Shown here in pieces: positions 11,030-23,312 of a DNA stretch of 64,000 nucleotides. Source of the DNA: Williopsis jadinii (Eukaryota). Positions within the stretch are counted from its first letter, which is position 1; every line of letters begins with the position of its first letter. The notes below the pieces were generated by a model, which made no database searches, was not told the origin of the DNA, and was given only the letters and a program-made list of their open reading frames with translations. The stretch is from NCBI GenBank assembly GCA_024346625.1, contig AP024664.1, forward strand, positions 1,860,001 through 1,924,000, in the 5' to 3' direction. A program made the position numbers and the translations under genes.

Positions 11030-11310
11030 ATTTTCTGAAGCCGTGGGTGTTGAAACAGGTTGCACTCAGTGGGCTATGGAAAGCATACAGTAGGGTAACA
11101 CGCAACTAATGCATACACCAGCTTTGTTATTTCGTTACAATACAATATTCATACCCTACAACCGATAGCGATACACACTTAGTTCTGTAAGATGTATAGC
11201 GATTATAGACATCAAAGGACAATCTTATATTAGTATAAAAAACGAAGTAGAAGCGTACAAATAATTCCAGACCATGCATGAGCTTTTGACTCTTTGTTCT
11301 TCAATATTGA

Positions 11311-14300
11311 TCATAGACCAGAAGCGTCATTAACGTAAGAGAAACCACGGAACTGAGCTTGGCTCGCGGTGTCCAACACAGAGTTCACCGGTGTCAATCT
11401 TGGAACCTCAGTTGTAAAGTCCTTGTCAAAGAAAGACACATCTTCTTCGGATTTTACCTCTGGAATATATGGAGGTGGAACTCTCAAGTTCAAAATATCA
11501 TCAAAGTTAATGTTCTTGAAGTATGGATGTTCTTTGATCTCTTTGGCATCTCTTGGTCCAGCTCCAAGACGACTTTGAGGGTTCTTATCCAACAACGACT
11601 CTAGAAGACCAACAGCTTCACTGGCCATTTGAATTGGGAATAAAGGTTCATCAGTTAAAATGGCATTGAAAACTTCATCTTCGTCGTCACCTCTGAATGG
11701 CGATTTTCCCAGGAGCATTTGGTAAAGCAAGACACCGAACGCCCACCAATCAACACTTCTGGTGTAGTTTTGTTCCTTCAAGATCTCTGGTGCCATGAAC
11801 TCTGGCGTACCACAGAAAGTGTTAGTTGTCTTTCCATACCACATATTTGGTTTACATAAACCGTAATCTGCAATCTTGATATGACCATCAGTGCTCAACA
11901 AAATGTTATCCAATTTCAAATCACGGTATACGATACCATTTTCGTGCAAGTATTCCAATGCCAAAACGACTTCAGCTGCATAGAACTTTGCCCTTCTCAT
12001 GGAAAAGTTACCTTGTTGAACGTGCCACATTAAATCACCACCTGATACGTACTCCATAACGAAGTAGATACGGTTAGCGGTTTGGAAACAACAGTGCAAG
12101 TTGATCAAGAATGGATGTTGTTCCCTATTGGCAATTAAGAAAACTTCCTTTTCAGCTTGCATGGATGAGATTTCACTATTCTCTATAATCATATCCTTCT
12201 TCAAAATCTTAACAGCACACAGCTTTTTAGTACGATGGGAACGACCAAGCATAACTTTACCAAAATTACCCCTACCCAACACAGCAATGAAGTGGAAATC
12301 GTCAAGTCCAACCTTTGGACGATGACGTTTCTCCGAATGACGATGTGTTTGTACTGGTTCCACCGTTTGAATTTGGGATCTTCTGCGAATATCTTCGCTT
12401 GTCTCATCAGCTTGGAAGGAAACGTCTGCATCTTGTGCTTGGTTCTGCACTTCTTTTGACTGTTCTTGTTCCTGTTGCTGCTTAGCCAACAGTTGCTCCT
12501 GCTCTTCCTGTTGCTTGCGTAATACCTCTTGATATTTCAGTTGTTGCTGTTGCTGCTCATAAGCAATTCGTCTTTGCTCGATTTCGTATTGACGATCATT
12601 GACATATAAATTACTACCAGGCTCTTCATTAGTCTTTTGTTCTTCTAAATCAGCAGTGTAGCTTTGGGTATACTTTTGAGCATACGGATCATGTGTTGTG
12701 TAGTTCTGTTCAGAGGATTGAGAATAACCACCTTCAGAGGATGAATTAGTTTGGGATCCAGTGGATTGTTGCTTTGACAATGGTGCCTGTCCGACATAAA
12801 GATCTTGAGGAGGTGGACGTCTTTGACGGTGATGTTGTGTTGGCAGTGGTTCTGGTTCCAAGGTCTTGTACTCTGGAATGGAAGCAGAAACACCACTGGA
12901 CACCTTTGTACCATCTGATTTTGGTTTGGTACTTTCACTATGGTTTGAAGCAACCACAGTTGAAGTAGAGGACGACTGACGATCTTGATAGTTTTGGATC
13001 TTCTGCTTTCTTGAAGATTGTGTAGATTTAATTGTCATCAAAATCTCGTTAGCAGTCTCCATGGACATACCGCAAAAATCTGGAACAAGATGAGAACATT
13101 CAACGTGACACATAGTATCACACTCTTTACATTTGAGAACGTTCTTTCTACCCCAAGGTAATAGATAACCACAGTGACAGCACCAGTTGGTACCCTTGTT
13201 GGACACGTTGTAAAATCTGTGTGGAATACGATGGTTCAACTTCAGCTCATCTGGATCAATATCGGTACTAGACTTGGAGATACACTTGGTGATAACCTTC
13301 TCATAACATCTCTTGTGACACAAGAACTTACAATCCTGACATTGGTAACCATTATAAGGAAGGAAGTCACCACAAAGAGCACAACGCATGATGTTATAGA
13401 ACTGCTTCTGGATGAATTGATGTCCATGCTGTTCAAATACTTCCTCATCTTTCTTTCTAATAGCACCGTGACGGTGCAAACCTCCAAGTATTGTTCTCTT
13501 GTTCGCAGCGTTAGATTTCGTGAAGCCAAGGGTCAACAAAATCTGCCCAGAAGGCTCCAACACAAACCAATTACTCGATTTGATAGCCTCTTTCGATTCG
13601 ATTTGGGCTGGCAAGGGTTTATTATTGGCCCCGTTGTACGAGGAGGACCCATTATTGTTGACCATGGTAGTGCTATTATTCACAGTGAAATTGTCTGCTG
13701 TATTTTGGCCAGGCACTTGGCTTCCACTTTGGATTCGAGCAGCACTTACCCAGCCTGCACCACCAGTTTGTCCAACTTTCTTCTTACGAATCTCTTCCGC
13801 AACGTCGGAGATGAGAAACCATGCAATTGCCACAGGGACAAAAGATCCATTGATCTTATCAAACACCGTGATTTCAACCTCATTGGCCTTGTCAACATGA
13901 ATGCTGAATTCCTCGTTCCATTTGTCGCTGCGGCTACCTTTGGTCTTGGCTTTCTCCTCATCATCAACCTTGATAGAGATGAACGACTCGGTCTTTCTCG
14001 AAAACAGCGGAGACGCGATATGATCAACCTCCCTTATTGAGTTGATTCCAATCGTCAACGTACCGGTTAGTGGCTTTCTTCTGAAAGTGGCGTTATCTAT
14101 CGGGTCCTGCTGAGGTGACGTAATCTGATCCAAATTCACATGGATGTCCTCGTACTTTTTGAGCGCTTTCTTCAAGAGTTGAATCTTGTGGTTACTCTGG
14201 ACCCTACCATCCTCCGCCACGGAGCTGATCCTGCGATCACCGTCCATTTGGTAAATCTTGGACAACTTCTCGTTCGCCTCAGAGTACTTTTGTTCAACCT

Positions 14301-14601
14301 TCAACTTGGTGTCAAGCTGATTGATCATGAACTGGATCTTCTGGCCCAAAGAAGGACAGTCGTACTTGATCAAGTCCAACCTGGCATAGTTGGTCTCAGG
14401 TACCGCTCCGTTCCTGACGTCCAGTTGATCCAATAACCTCGACAAGTACTCGATGTTCTGCTGCGCCTCCTGGATATTGGAGTTGCACTTCTGGATCACT
14501 GCTGCGTTGTTTGTCTTTTTCTTCATGTTGGTGGCACCCGTTATGATGTTCCTCTCTCTGAGGATCTTGTTCTTGATCTCCTCGCTAACGTTATCCGCCA
14601 T
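11311..14601 (-). CDS. PKC1: Fungal protein kinase C (HR1-HR1-C2-pseudosubstrate-C1-C1-kinase)
   Basis: 1096 aa. Pseudosubstrate LHRHGAIRKK, two C1 zinc fingers, kinase motifs GRGNFGKV, YRDLKLDN, DYG, TFCGTPEFMAPE, hydrophobic motif FRGFSY. Confidence 0.97.
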   Translation of the reverse strand: MADNVSEEIKNKILRERNIITGATNMKKKTNNAAVIQKCNSNIQEAQQNIEYLSRLLDQLDVRNGAVPETNYARLDLIKYDCPSLGQKIQFMINQLDTKLKVEQKYSEANEKLSKIYQMDGDRRISSVAEDGRVQSNHKIQLLKKALKKYEDIHVNLDQITSPQQDPIDNATFRRKPLTGTLTIGINSIREVDHIASPLFSRKTESFISIKVDDEEKAKTKGSRSDKWNEEFSIHVDKANEVEITVFDKINGSFVPVAIAWFLISDVAEEIRKKKVGQTGGAGWVSAARIQSGSQVPGQNTADNFTVNNSTTMVNNNGSSSYNGANNKPLPAQIESKEAIKSSNWFVLEPSGQILLTLGFTKSNAANKRTILGGLHRHGAIRKKDEEVFEQHGHQFIQKQFYNIMRCALCGDFLPYNGYQCQDCKFLCHKRCYEKVITKCISKSSTDIDPDELKLNHRIPHRFYNVSNKGTNWCCHCGYLLPWGRKNVLKCKECDTMCHVECSHLVPDFCGMSMETANEILMTIKSTQSSRKQKIQNYQDRQSSSTSTVVASNHSESTKPKSDGTKVSSGVSASIPEYKTLEPEPLPTQHHRQRRPPPQDLYVGQAPLSKQQSTGSQTNSSSEGGYSQSSEQNYTTHDPYAQKYTQSYTADLEEQKTNEEPGSNLYVNDRQYEIEQRRIAYEQQQQQLKYQEVLRKQQEEQEQLLAKQQQEQEQSKEVQNQAQDADVSFQADETSEDIRRRSQIQTVEPVQTHRHSEKRHRPKVGLDDFHFIAVLGRGNFGKVMLGRSHRTKKLCAVKILKKDMIIENSEISSMQAEKEVFLIANREQHPFLINLHCCFQTANRIYFVMEYVSGGDLMWHVQQGNFSMRRAKFYAAEVVLALEYLHENGIVYRDLKLDNILLSTDGHIKIADYGLCKPNMWYGKTTNTFCGTPEFMAPEILKEQNYTRSVDWWAFGVLLYQMLLGKSPFRGDDEDEVFNAILTDEPLFPIQMASEAVGLLESLLDKNPQSRLGAGPRDAKEIKEHPYFKNINFDDILNLRVPPPYIPEVKSEEDVSFFDKDFTTEVPRLTPVNSVLDTASQAQFRGFSYVNDASGL

Positions 14602-15755
14602 TGTTTATGATATCGTTCAGCGGCAATACAAATTTGAGGGACGTAAACACACACACACAAAAAGTGATAGAAAGACAGTAACACACAGGCCAAAATACCT
14701 GTAATCCAATTGAACCTTTTGATACGATCTCCAAATCAGCTGACGATGGTTGACTGCCAAGTTCAACAGAGTTAAAAAAACAAGAAAATATATCAAGCCT
14801 TTTCCCTCAAGCAGCCTCTGTTTCTTTTGAATCAAATGGAGAGGCGGTGTTCCCTTGTTTGCGAAATTTGTGTGTTTTTTTGTAGTCGTCTGTAGCTTTG
14901 AAATTCTGATCTGTTGATGTTTTTGTGTGTGTGTTTTTGCTTTGCACGGCGGGTGGATTTCTGCCCACTTTTGCATGGCCACTAACGTCTAAGGGGCGCA
15001 GACTGCGTGGGCGCGTGCGCGGTGGTGGTGTTTTTTTTGTGCGTCACACGTTCAGAACGGTGAAAAACACAAAACGGGAAATCAAAACAAAAACAGAGGA
15101 GATTGTGAGTACAAAACCAGTAGATTTGGGAGCCAATCCAATTGCTTTAATCCAGCGGACAAAGCGCTTACGTGGACACCTCAAATCCTACACATCTAAC
15201 ACACACATTGTATATGTGCGCTCTCCGCCATCAGAAGACCAAGCCGATTGCTCATTCTCCAATACGACGCAAAGGTTACCCTCTTCACGCTGTGTCTGTT
15301 TGATACTGCCCGCCGGGCTCGTAACCGGAGTCCCGACCTCATGTGAAATACGGTAGGAGCAGCAAAAACAGTTTGCTCTTCACGCTGTTTTGCGGTCTCG
15401 AGGGAGCTTTCGACGGGGAGGGGGGAGGGAGTGGAATGCCATGTGTTGGGCAAAAGAAAACACATAAAGGCGCGTGTTCTTTAACACCACCTCCGACGTT
15501 TGGAAGGGCAATTGAGATAGAGCGTGTTATTTGTTGGTCATACGGACAAAGACAAAGGCCGAGATTACGTCAACTCACACACACACGCACACGGAATATC
15601 GAGGAGGTCTATAGATCGGCGTTGCTATTCTGTGCTTTCAGTCTTGTTCTACAGAAGGATTTCAGGAGATCGTGATACTGGCTTGTTATACGCACCATTG
15701 GATAAAAGACGGTTTCAAACCCACGCAAAACACACATACTGCAGCTAAACACATC

Positions 15756-16370
15756 ATGTCATACTCATCACAAACGGTATCCCAGCTGAGAGAGCTGTTG
15801 AAGTCCCGTGGTCTCTCAACCACAGGTGTCAAAGCTGAGCTTGTTAGCAGATTGGAAACATTCGACAGCGAGCAACAGGCCGCTGGACCAACTGCTGAGC
15901 CAACTACTGAGCCAACCACCGCAGAGGAGCCTGCAACTGCCACCACAGCGGAGAACAACGGCGGTGTCGAAGCCTTACCTGCCAATGAGACCGTGGCGGA
16001 GGGTACCACCACTGCTGGTGCAGAGCCATCAGGTTCGGTCGACGATGCCAACAACCAGGAAAGCGAAGAGACTAAGGAGGAAGAGAAGGAACCGGCAGTG
16101 AAGATCTTATCACCTGAAGAACGTAAGACTGCCGCATTGGAACTTTTGAACAAGAAACTGTTTAGAGCCAAAAAGTTTGGTTCTGAGGAGGATGTTCAAA
16201 ATGTCAAGAGGGACATTGCCCGTATCGAAAAGTTCGGTGTGGAGGCTGGCACTTCGCTTGCTCAAGAGCTTGGCCTTGCTTCAAAACAAGGCCTTGACCC
16301 TGAAAACAACGAAAGAAGAGCCAAGTTCAACAGACACAGAAACAGACACAGAAACAGAGGTAGAAGGTGA
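15756..16370 (+). CDS. THO1: SAP-domain nuclear RNA-binding protein Tho1
   Basis: ATG at 15756. N-terminal SAP domain (YSSQTVSQLRELLKSRGLSTTGVKAELVSRL), C-terminal RAKKFG/RIEKFG Tho1 motifs. Near VHR and ICL1 as in S. cerevisiae. Confidence 0.88.
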   Translation: MSYSSQTVSQLRELLKSRGLSTTGVKAELVSRLETFDSEQQAAGPTAEPTTEPTTAEEPATATTAENNGGVEALPANETVAEGTTTAGAEPSGSVDDANNQESEETKEEEKEPAVKILSPEERKTAALELLNKKLFRAKKFGSEEDVQNVKRDIARIEKFGVEAGTSLAQELGLASKQGLDPENNERRAKFNRHRNRHRNRGRR

Positions 16371-17657
16371 TCGCATGGCGGATCCAGCATGTGCATGGAA
16401 AACAGAGGGGATGGATGTTGATAATTCCTAGGATCTACAGTGTAATATATTATTATACATACGTCGTAAAAGGCCCACATTGACGGAGTAAAAGCAACAA
16501 CACCTTTCAAAAGCTGTGCTTCGGCTTACAGCACATTTCTCTCTTGGCCTATGGGATGCATAGACAGAGTTCGCCAGTTCAAAGCCTCAAAGCACCCCCA
16601 GAGGGAAGCACACCGTCTAGGCGATGTACATGTTGCACGTCCAAGCTAGGAGGTGCGAAAACCTCCATCGTCCAAATCCAGCGTTCTCAAAGGGTCTGTT
16701 GTATGGACCCGGTATTTACATCTACTCTACATCCTGTTAGGGTGGGAAGCACATGTCCTCCTGCTCCTCCTCGTCCTCCTCCCCTAGGTGGAATGGAAAT
16801 TGCGCAATCTCATGGTCCAAGCTGCGTTCTCAGCCATAACTTTATAGCACACATTTGCTTGGACATTGACCACATCAATGGTAAGTGGGTGTTAGAAAGG
16901 AGTTGGCGGAAACCACGACACACACGCATGGACTATCGATGCAATTGTGCACAGTAGCATTACACATCGCACGGTAGAGAGACGGGACACTCGCCTCCCA
17001 ACATGGCGTTTCAAAGGGCTCAGGCAAAGCACTCCAATGATCAATTAACCCACCAGCACCAGGCCCTCCGTAGAGTTTCTTGACGTACAGCACGGGTATC
17101 GGTTTGTGCGCCTTGTTATGCAAGCGCGTTGCCCTCAGATAAAACGGTGCTGGGGGGCCAAAATTAGTGCACGTAATCAGTTGCACCATTTTTCCCTCTT
17201 AAGCCAGGCCCTCTCGATTTGGAGAAAACCATCCGGCTCAGCGTATTTCTCTTCTTCACTCCTTGTCTCTGCGATAGAGGAGAGCACCATACAGCTGAAG
17301 GGTGTTGGGAGCCCAGTTCAATTGCCTTTCCGTTCACTGGTAAATTCAGTGTTGTGAGCACTGCCTTCAATCATTTGCGCAAGGTACGGGAATTCGAATT
17401 CGATCGGGACCTTTCTCCGTCTGGACTGCCTTGTTTGCCTTGAGGATTAATTCTCTCTGTAATCGAAGCAATTACTCTTCCTTCAATCTGGCCAAAACCC
17501 TCCATAGGGAGTCTGTTTGGGTGGTGTGTACTGTCCTTGTTGAGCAGACATCAATTGAGCGGGAGATAGCAATAACAGGGCGTACTGATTTCTGACCACC
17601 CCCCTTCTCACTAACGAGATTGTGCGTGTATCTTTTTTGTCGCTATTTTCATCACAA

Positions 17658-19361
17658 ATGGACAAGGCCGGCAAGGAGCCCTCACCAATGCCAACGTCGA
17701 GCACAAGATCTCCACCCGCCAGTGCCATTGGCCTTGTCAAGACCGCGGACGTCGAGCAGCACCAGCCCCAGAAGCCCAAGATCCATAACATCTACGTCTA
17801 CAACATCCCCCCTGGCGTCCGTTGGCGCGATGTCAAGGGAATCCTAACCCCATTTGTCCCAGAGAGCTCAGTGCTACACATTCAGATCTTCGACGACACG
17901 AGCACTGCGTGTGTCTCGCTCAACTCGGCGCAGTGCGCTGAGACGTTGTTGGAGCAACTGGACGGCTTCTTCTGGAACGGATACATCCTGACAACCAATC
18001 CGCCACTGTCACCACCTCCTCCTCCAATGCTTGAGCAGAGTGCGCTTTTCGTTCCGCAGTATTTCCACCCATCGCCAGAGCTGCTGAGCTACCGCCCGTC
18101 ACCGCACATGGTCGCGCCGAGTTTGCAGCACGTTACCGGCCCCAGCGTTAGTGCGCTGCCGCCGTCTGCGCATCAACATCCTCCGGTGCAAGGGCACCCA
18201 CCAGCGCCTACGCAAGCACAGTTGCAACAGCAGCGGCAACAAGAGCAACAGCAGCGGCAACAGCAGCAACAACAGCGGCAACAATACCAATATCAGCAGA
18301 AGAATCAGCAGTACCAGCAGCAGAGGACGCCGCTATCACTATCGCCGAGCGAGGTCTACCCTATGGGACCAATCCCGCAGATGATGGGCCAAATGCCAGC
18401 GATGATACCTCCAATGGGACACCCGTCACTGGCAGTGCGGTCCCCAATGGTGGGCCAAGTAGGCTATCAGATGCCACCAGGCACTGCAACAGTTCCCCCT
18501 GTCCATGGGCTGAACATGCCGAATACCTCCCCCAGTACGGAATCGCCTATGGCACAAGGAGCTAACCCGCCCTATGGTTATTACTACATGAACTCGTACT
18601 ACGAGCCGCCAGGACCAGTGCCGCTCTTCTCACCGCGTGCCATGTCTATGTATACGGGAGCATATTCAGATACATCCACTGCTGGAAGCGTTAGTGGCCA
18701 ATCCACGCCAAAAGCTTCATACGGGGGCATACAACATCCAGAGCAGAGACGAACACCGGTCTCTGCAAGGCATCTGATGAACCTTCATCAGTACCCGTAC
18801 CATTCCATCACTGACATTGGAACAGACACCGTCCAGGACCCTAGAAGGCTATTCATTGGGAATATACCCTATGATACTGAATGGATGGCTTTGAAGGACT
18901 TTCTTCGCCAAGCAGGTAACATCGGGCGTGTCGAGATAGTCAAAGATGCGCATGGAAATTCACGAGGGTTTGCATTGGCAACCTATGAAACAGAAGAGGA
19001 CGCAGATAGAGCCGTGAACGATTTAAATGGTGCAGTATTCGAAGGACGTCAGATAACGGTACGGTGTGATAAATATGCAAAGAAACCTCGTGCACAGCTT
19101 ACAACGACGCCAATGGTGCAGCCAGACGATACCTCCAATGAGGAGGATAATAACGAGGAGCACCATTCAAATGACATCCAAAGCAACGAACCTGAGGATG
19201 CCAGTCCTGAGAGAAAGGTCCCGGTTGTTATGGATACAACCACTGCGATCAAGAAGGAATCGAATACAGTGAAGACAGAGCAATCTGAGCCCACAGTACA
19301 TGATGATAAACGATATGAGAATGAGGCCAGAAGACTCATTGAAAGCCTAAGTTTGAAATGA
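17658..19361 (+). CDS. RNA-binding protein with two RRMs separated by a long Q/P/Y/M-rich low-complexity region
   Basis: ATG at 17658. RRM1 (IYVYNIPP...LDGFFWNGYIL), RRM2 with RNP2 LFIGNI and RNP1 RGFALATY, poly-Q tract. Confidence 0.85.
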   Translation: MDKAGKEPSPMPTSSTRSPPASAIGLVKTADVEQHQPQKPKIHNIYVYNIPPGVRWRDVKGILTPFVPESSVLHIQIFDDTSTACVSLNSAQCAETLLEQLDGFFWNGYILTTNPPLSPPPPPMLEQSALFVPQYFHPSPELLSYRPSPHMVAPSLQHVTGPSVSALPPSAHQHPPVQGHPPAPTQAQLQQQRQQEQQQRQQQQQQRQQYQYQQKNQQYQQQRTPLSLSPSEVYPMGPIPQMMGQMPAMIPPMGHPSLAVRSPMVGQVGYQMPPGTATVPPVHGLNMPNTSPSTESPMAQGANPPYGYYYMNSYYEPPGPVPLFSPRAMSMYTGAYSDTSTAGSVSGQSTPKASYGGIQHPEQRRTPVSARHLMNLHQYPYHSITDIGTDTVQDPRRLFIGNIPYDTEWMALKDFLRQAGNIGRVEIVKDAHGNSRGFALATYETEEDADRAVNDLNGAVFEGRQITVRCDKYAKKPRAQLTTTPMVQPDDTSNEEDNNEEHHSNDIQSNEPEDASPERKVPVVMDTTTAIKKESNTVKTEQSEPTVHDDKRYENEARRLIESLSLK

Positions 19362-19450
19362 ACAGCTTCGTGTTCCCACTGTCTATTAAATTGAACAAGA
19401 AGATGGTGATGCAGAAGCAACAACAGCAATACTGATATACTACTTGTAGA

Positions 19451-20923
19451 CTAGAGCAATGGCGTGAACTTGATAGTCTGTGGCTCGTATAGCTCGAGGA
19501 CGATCTTTCTTCTCTCTAAATCTTTGAACAGTTTGTCCAAAGCATCCTCTGAAATATCCTGTCCTTCGTATCTCAATCTCAAGCTCTTGAGATCCTGTAT
19601 ACCAAATGCAACTCTACCATTTTCCAGCAGCTCCAAGTAAGTAGGAGGCGCAGAGCTCAATGGTGCGTATTTGAAGTCCAACACACGATGGCCGTATTGC
19701 AGTTTGACCTCTTTGGAAACCTCCACGTCGGCCTCTTTCGGCTTGATGGGCATCAAAGGTGTGTATAACGACTCCGCAGTAATCTTGTTGACCTGTGTGG
19801 CAGTCAATGGGTATTCGTTCAACACGACTTCATGAAATATCTCTGAAAGAGTGTAAGTGATTGGATCGAATCCAAAATCCTTGACACAACACCCTATCAA
19901 CTTTGCCAGGAGAGAAGTGGCCTGCACATCAGATAAGACCATAACATCAGATGAAAAGAATCCTAAGGCTTTCACAGTTTTCGCCAGATTAGCAGTGGAT
20001 TGCAACTTTTCACTCAGGTAGTTGACGGATTCTGTAGGCAAATCGTTGAAGTATCTCTCCAGTATAAAGCACGAGGATGCGGTTATTATTGACATGCCTA
20101 AATGGAACAGGTTATCCTCGTGTAACGTTGTATCGTTGTTTGATAGAGAGAGACAAGATTTGGACTTGTGTATGTAGTTCAACAACGTCTGACTGCTCAT
20201 GGTTATATCTGTTGGAGGGTACGGTAACGGCAGTTTGATTGGAATTCTATGGGCATTTGCTGCGCCAGCTGCTGAACCAATATTGTTCGTTTGTACATGT
20301 TGTTGGGTAATATTGGTGGTACCGGCAGCAGATGACGATGAAGTGCCTTCGGTTAGCATTCGTATCGAAGGCAGATGTGTCTGGGACGGAGAGTTCCCCA
20401 GGCTTGGTGATGCAGAAGATGCAGTGGATGTCGTTGTTGTATTTGGTAGATATCCCATCCCATAATCGATATGCGGTTTCAGGTGTGGAAGTGAGCTGTG
20501 TAGTTGCTGCTGTTGTTGTAGCTGCTGAGCAGGACGGCTGTGATGTTGGTGTTGGTGTTGGAACAGCGACTGTGACTGTGGATTCTGCAACGAGGACGAC
20601 ATGCTACTCGAGCTGTCGTCATGGTGTAAGAACTTGAGCGTGCCTGGAGGACGGGCCTTTGACGATCTTTTCCTATTACGCCGTACGCTTTGGATCGCAG
20701 CCCTAACTAGCCTATCGAACTCTGGAAGGGTGTGCTCGGGGAAGCCAAACTCGTCTCTCAGTAAGGCAGCTATCTGAGATATGGCCTCGTCCTGTTCCGA
20801 TGCCTTCTTCGAGCTCAGGCTGAACCGGTCGATCAGCTCCAGTCTTCTGGTGCTGAACTGCTTCCACTTCTTCTCGTCATGGAAGTTGAGCTGGTTTCGT
20901 ATCGATCTCGTTACTCCAGACAT
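19451..20923 (-). CDS. VHR1: Vhr1/Vhr2-family transcription factor
   Basis: N-terminal Vhr1 domain (TRSIRNQLNFHDEKKWKQFSTRRLELID...FDRLVRAAIQSVRRNRKRS). Lies between THO1 and ICL1. Confidence 0.85.
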   Translation of the reverse strand: MSGVTRSIRNQLNFHDEKKWKQFSTRRLELIDRFSLSSKKASEQDEAISQIAALLRDEFGFPEHTLPEFDRLVRAAIQSVRRNRKRSSKARPPGTLKFLHHDDSSSSMSSSLQNPQSQSLFQHQHQHHSRPAQQLQQQQQLHSSLPHLKPHIDYGMGYLPNTTTTSTASSASPSLGNSPSQTHLPSIRMLTEGTSSSSAAGTTNITQQHVQTNNIGSAAGAANAHRIPIKLPLPYPPTDITMSSQTLLNYIHKSKSCLSLSNNDTTLHEDNLFHLGMSIITASSCFILERYFNDLPTESVNYLSEKLQSTANLAKTVKALGFFSSDVMVLSDVQATSLLAKLIGCCVKDFGFDPITYTLSEIFHEVVLNEYPLTATQVNKITAESLYTPLMPIKPKEADVEVSKEVKLQYGHRVLDFKYAPLSSAPPTYLELLENGRVAFGIQDLKSLRLRYEGQDISEDALDKLFKDLERRKIVLELYEPQTIKFTPLL

Positions 20924-22557
20924 GTCGTGCTTGTAATCACTGCTGCTAATCCCACCAGGTGACGCCTAACGAGTGGAATCTTCCTTCTCCCTCACAATTG
21001 ACGCCAGACAGAGAGGATTTGATAACTTCAGATCAAAGTAGCTATCACGAGAAAACACACAACTCGCAAGTGGGAGGAGGGAAAGGGCTCTCCGCCAACG
21101 TCTGCGCTTCAAAATGCTCTAGCTCGATTGTGACAGTAAGTGTTGATTCTAGCGGTATGCGGGTGAAAAAAGCGTGGGGTTGACTCAGCTTCGTAGACCA
21201 AAGGCCCTACCAGCGCGACAAAGATTTCCCCTTTGGGCGGTTTCGCGTTGTTTTCTCCGTAGTGGTAAAATTTTCACTGGGGGCTAAAAGTGCGTGGGGG
21301 TACATCCCCATTGTCTGCTTGAGCTGGAGCAACTACAGAAAGCGTCCAACAGAGAAGGAGGGCAGATCAATTGGCGGCGTTGGAACGTGAAGTGTTTTCT
21401 GGGGGTGGTGGATCGTCGTCCTGGAGTTTTATCTGCGTGGCTTCACTGGGGAAACTCGGTTGGTGAAGCACTGGCGTAAACGTGTGTGTGCGAAGTAAGG
21501 AAAGCTATATATCCGTTCTTATAGACGCAGATTTCAGCCTACCGTTTACAAAGTACGGCCAGTGAGAGATTGCAGACCACGAATTGTGTGATTCGCTTGC
21601 TTGGTTGTACGCGAGGACCACCGACGGTTGTAGGAAGTGCTCCTTGCACTTCGATTCTGATAGCATCAGTGCAGAGTGCGCGTCTCAGTAACAATTTCGT
21701 GCACTCGCGAGACAACACCGGGGTTTTACGGTTAGTCCTTTTCCAGTGAAACCAGTTGGGCGTGTGTGGATTTATAGGCGCTGTTCTCCGCCGGCTGGGA
21801 AGCAGCCCCGAGTCTGTCCGCACCGTCTACGGGCTGGTAGAGCACCATCGCGTAACTGCTTCCATGGCCAAAATGAGCGTAGAGAACACATCCACGCGAG
21901 CAGGTGGTCCTCGTTGGCCAGAGAGGTTGACCACAGGGGGCGACTCTGATTTCCACGGACGCTATGGAATTGAGGGAACGGCCTTCAACTGCGGGCTACC
22001 TCTCAATGTTATCCGATATCGGGTGATGCAGTGACGGGTAAAGCAGTTAGTGCAACCCTCTGCTTTGCATGATATGGAGATAAAGTTTCCCAACCACTCC
22101 TTTTCCCCAAGCTTCCGATAGCGACATGTCTGGGGAAACAGGCACACAGGGCGTAGATCAAAGTTCACAGAGCGAGGGAACAGGAGGTTGAAACTTTGGG
22201 CCGTAGTTTATGTACCATCTCACGGGAATCATGTGAGGTGTGGAGTCTAAAGCGCACCAAGACACTTCAGAATGGCATGTTTGATCACTGGTGTAGAGGT
22301 CACTGGTGACTGCTTCACCACAGCTCAGGCTTCACCACAGCTCCAGCGCCATCGCTGGAGTTGAACTCGACCAGCTCAAGACTGCACCGCCATGGATGAG
22401 CGAGCCTCTTCAGCCTACGTATCAGCACATCACGGAACAACCGTCCCGTTGCCCCCTAACTCACCACCAGGCCTCCAAGAGTGGCAAGGGGCTGGAGCTC
22501 CTCCCATCGCTGTTGAGTCATCTTCGGACTAACGTCACCTCCACGAACTTTGTCGGG

Positions 22558-22649
22558 AAATCTGGGGTAAAGTGATTCGGTAGCGGCACTACCGGGGAAC
22601 AAGATGACGAAAAAAAATTTGCTGCATGAAACCTAACGAAAATCTGGGG
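22558..22649 (+). promoter_or_regulatory. Two Mig1-type glucose-repression sites (AAATCTGGGG) upstream of ICL1
   Basis: Identical AT-box plus SYGGGG at 22558-22567 and 22640-22649, consistent with a glucose-repressed glyoxylate-cycle gene. Confidence 0.6.
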
Positions 22650-23049
22650 CAAGCGGTGGGTGGCATGTCCTTGAACAAGTGCACGTTACGTCCCACAGCT
22701 ATACAGCCCTCCACTAGCTCACTCGCTCACTCTGCCACGTCCCCCAGACTCTCCTGTTTTTCCTGTATAACCAATCACATCCCCCCTTCCCTGGCCCAAA
22801 TGCCTATCGTCTCTCTTTATGCATGGCGAGAAGACTGAGGGGCACAGGGTGGTAGCACTACGATACGCTTCGAAATGAACTCCAACAACATCCCTTCAAA
22901 CGCCAATGTTCCGGACAATCCACACACCAACAGTCCACAGCACTCTCCGTAGCACGGACGTGCTCGGCGTAAACCACACCAGTGTCATTTTCAAACCCAC
23001 ACAGTACGAGCGTCCACCAGAGTTGGCGTGCTCCCTGTGCCCGGTGGAC

Positions 23050-23061
23050 CGGCGCAATGGG
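23050..23061 (+). promoter_or_regulatory. CSRE-like (Cat8/Sip4) element
   Basis: CGGCGCAATGGG, one mismatch to CGGNYNAAYGGR, about 340 bp upstream of ICL1. Confidence 0.45.
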
Positions 23062-23304
23062 CAAATGCCTCCTGCGAGTGTTTTTCTTTCTTTTTGTGCC
23101 CCGTAGTTCGTGGAGCTGCTTCCGGCAAAGTTTGTTTTTCGCATTACGTCAAACCACAAGCAACAGCGAGCGCGAGCCAAAATGGCAAGGACAAGTGCAA
23201 GCAAACTTTGAGCAGCGTTCGGCCTGCCGGGAACAATGATCGTGTTGTAGTGGTTGTGTGTCATTGTAGGGTATACACACAGGGCGAGAGTCCAGGATGA
23301 AATG

Positions 23305-23312
23305 TATATAAA
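23305..23312 (+). promoter_or_regulatory. TATA box of ICL1
   Basis: TATATAAA about 95 bp upstream of ATG 23403. Confidence 0.7.

Noticed and set aside
10640..11310. Possible solo LTRs flanking tRNA-Asn
   Set aside because: TGTTG words are present, but there is no matching TG...CA bounded element with a target-site duplication.
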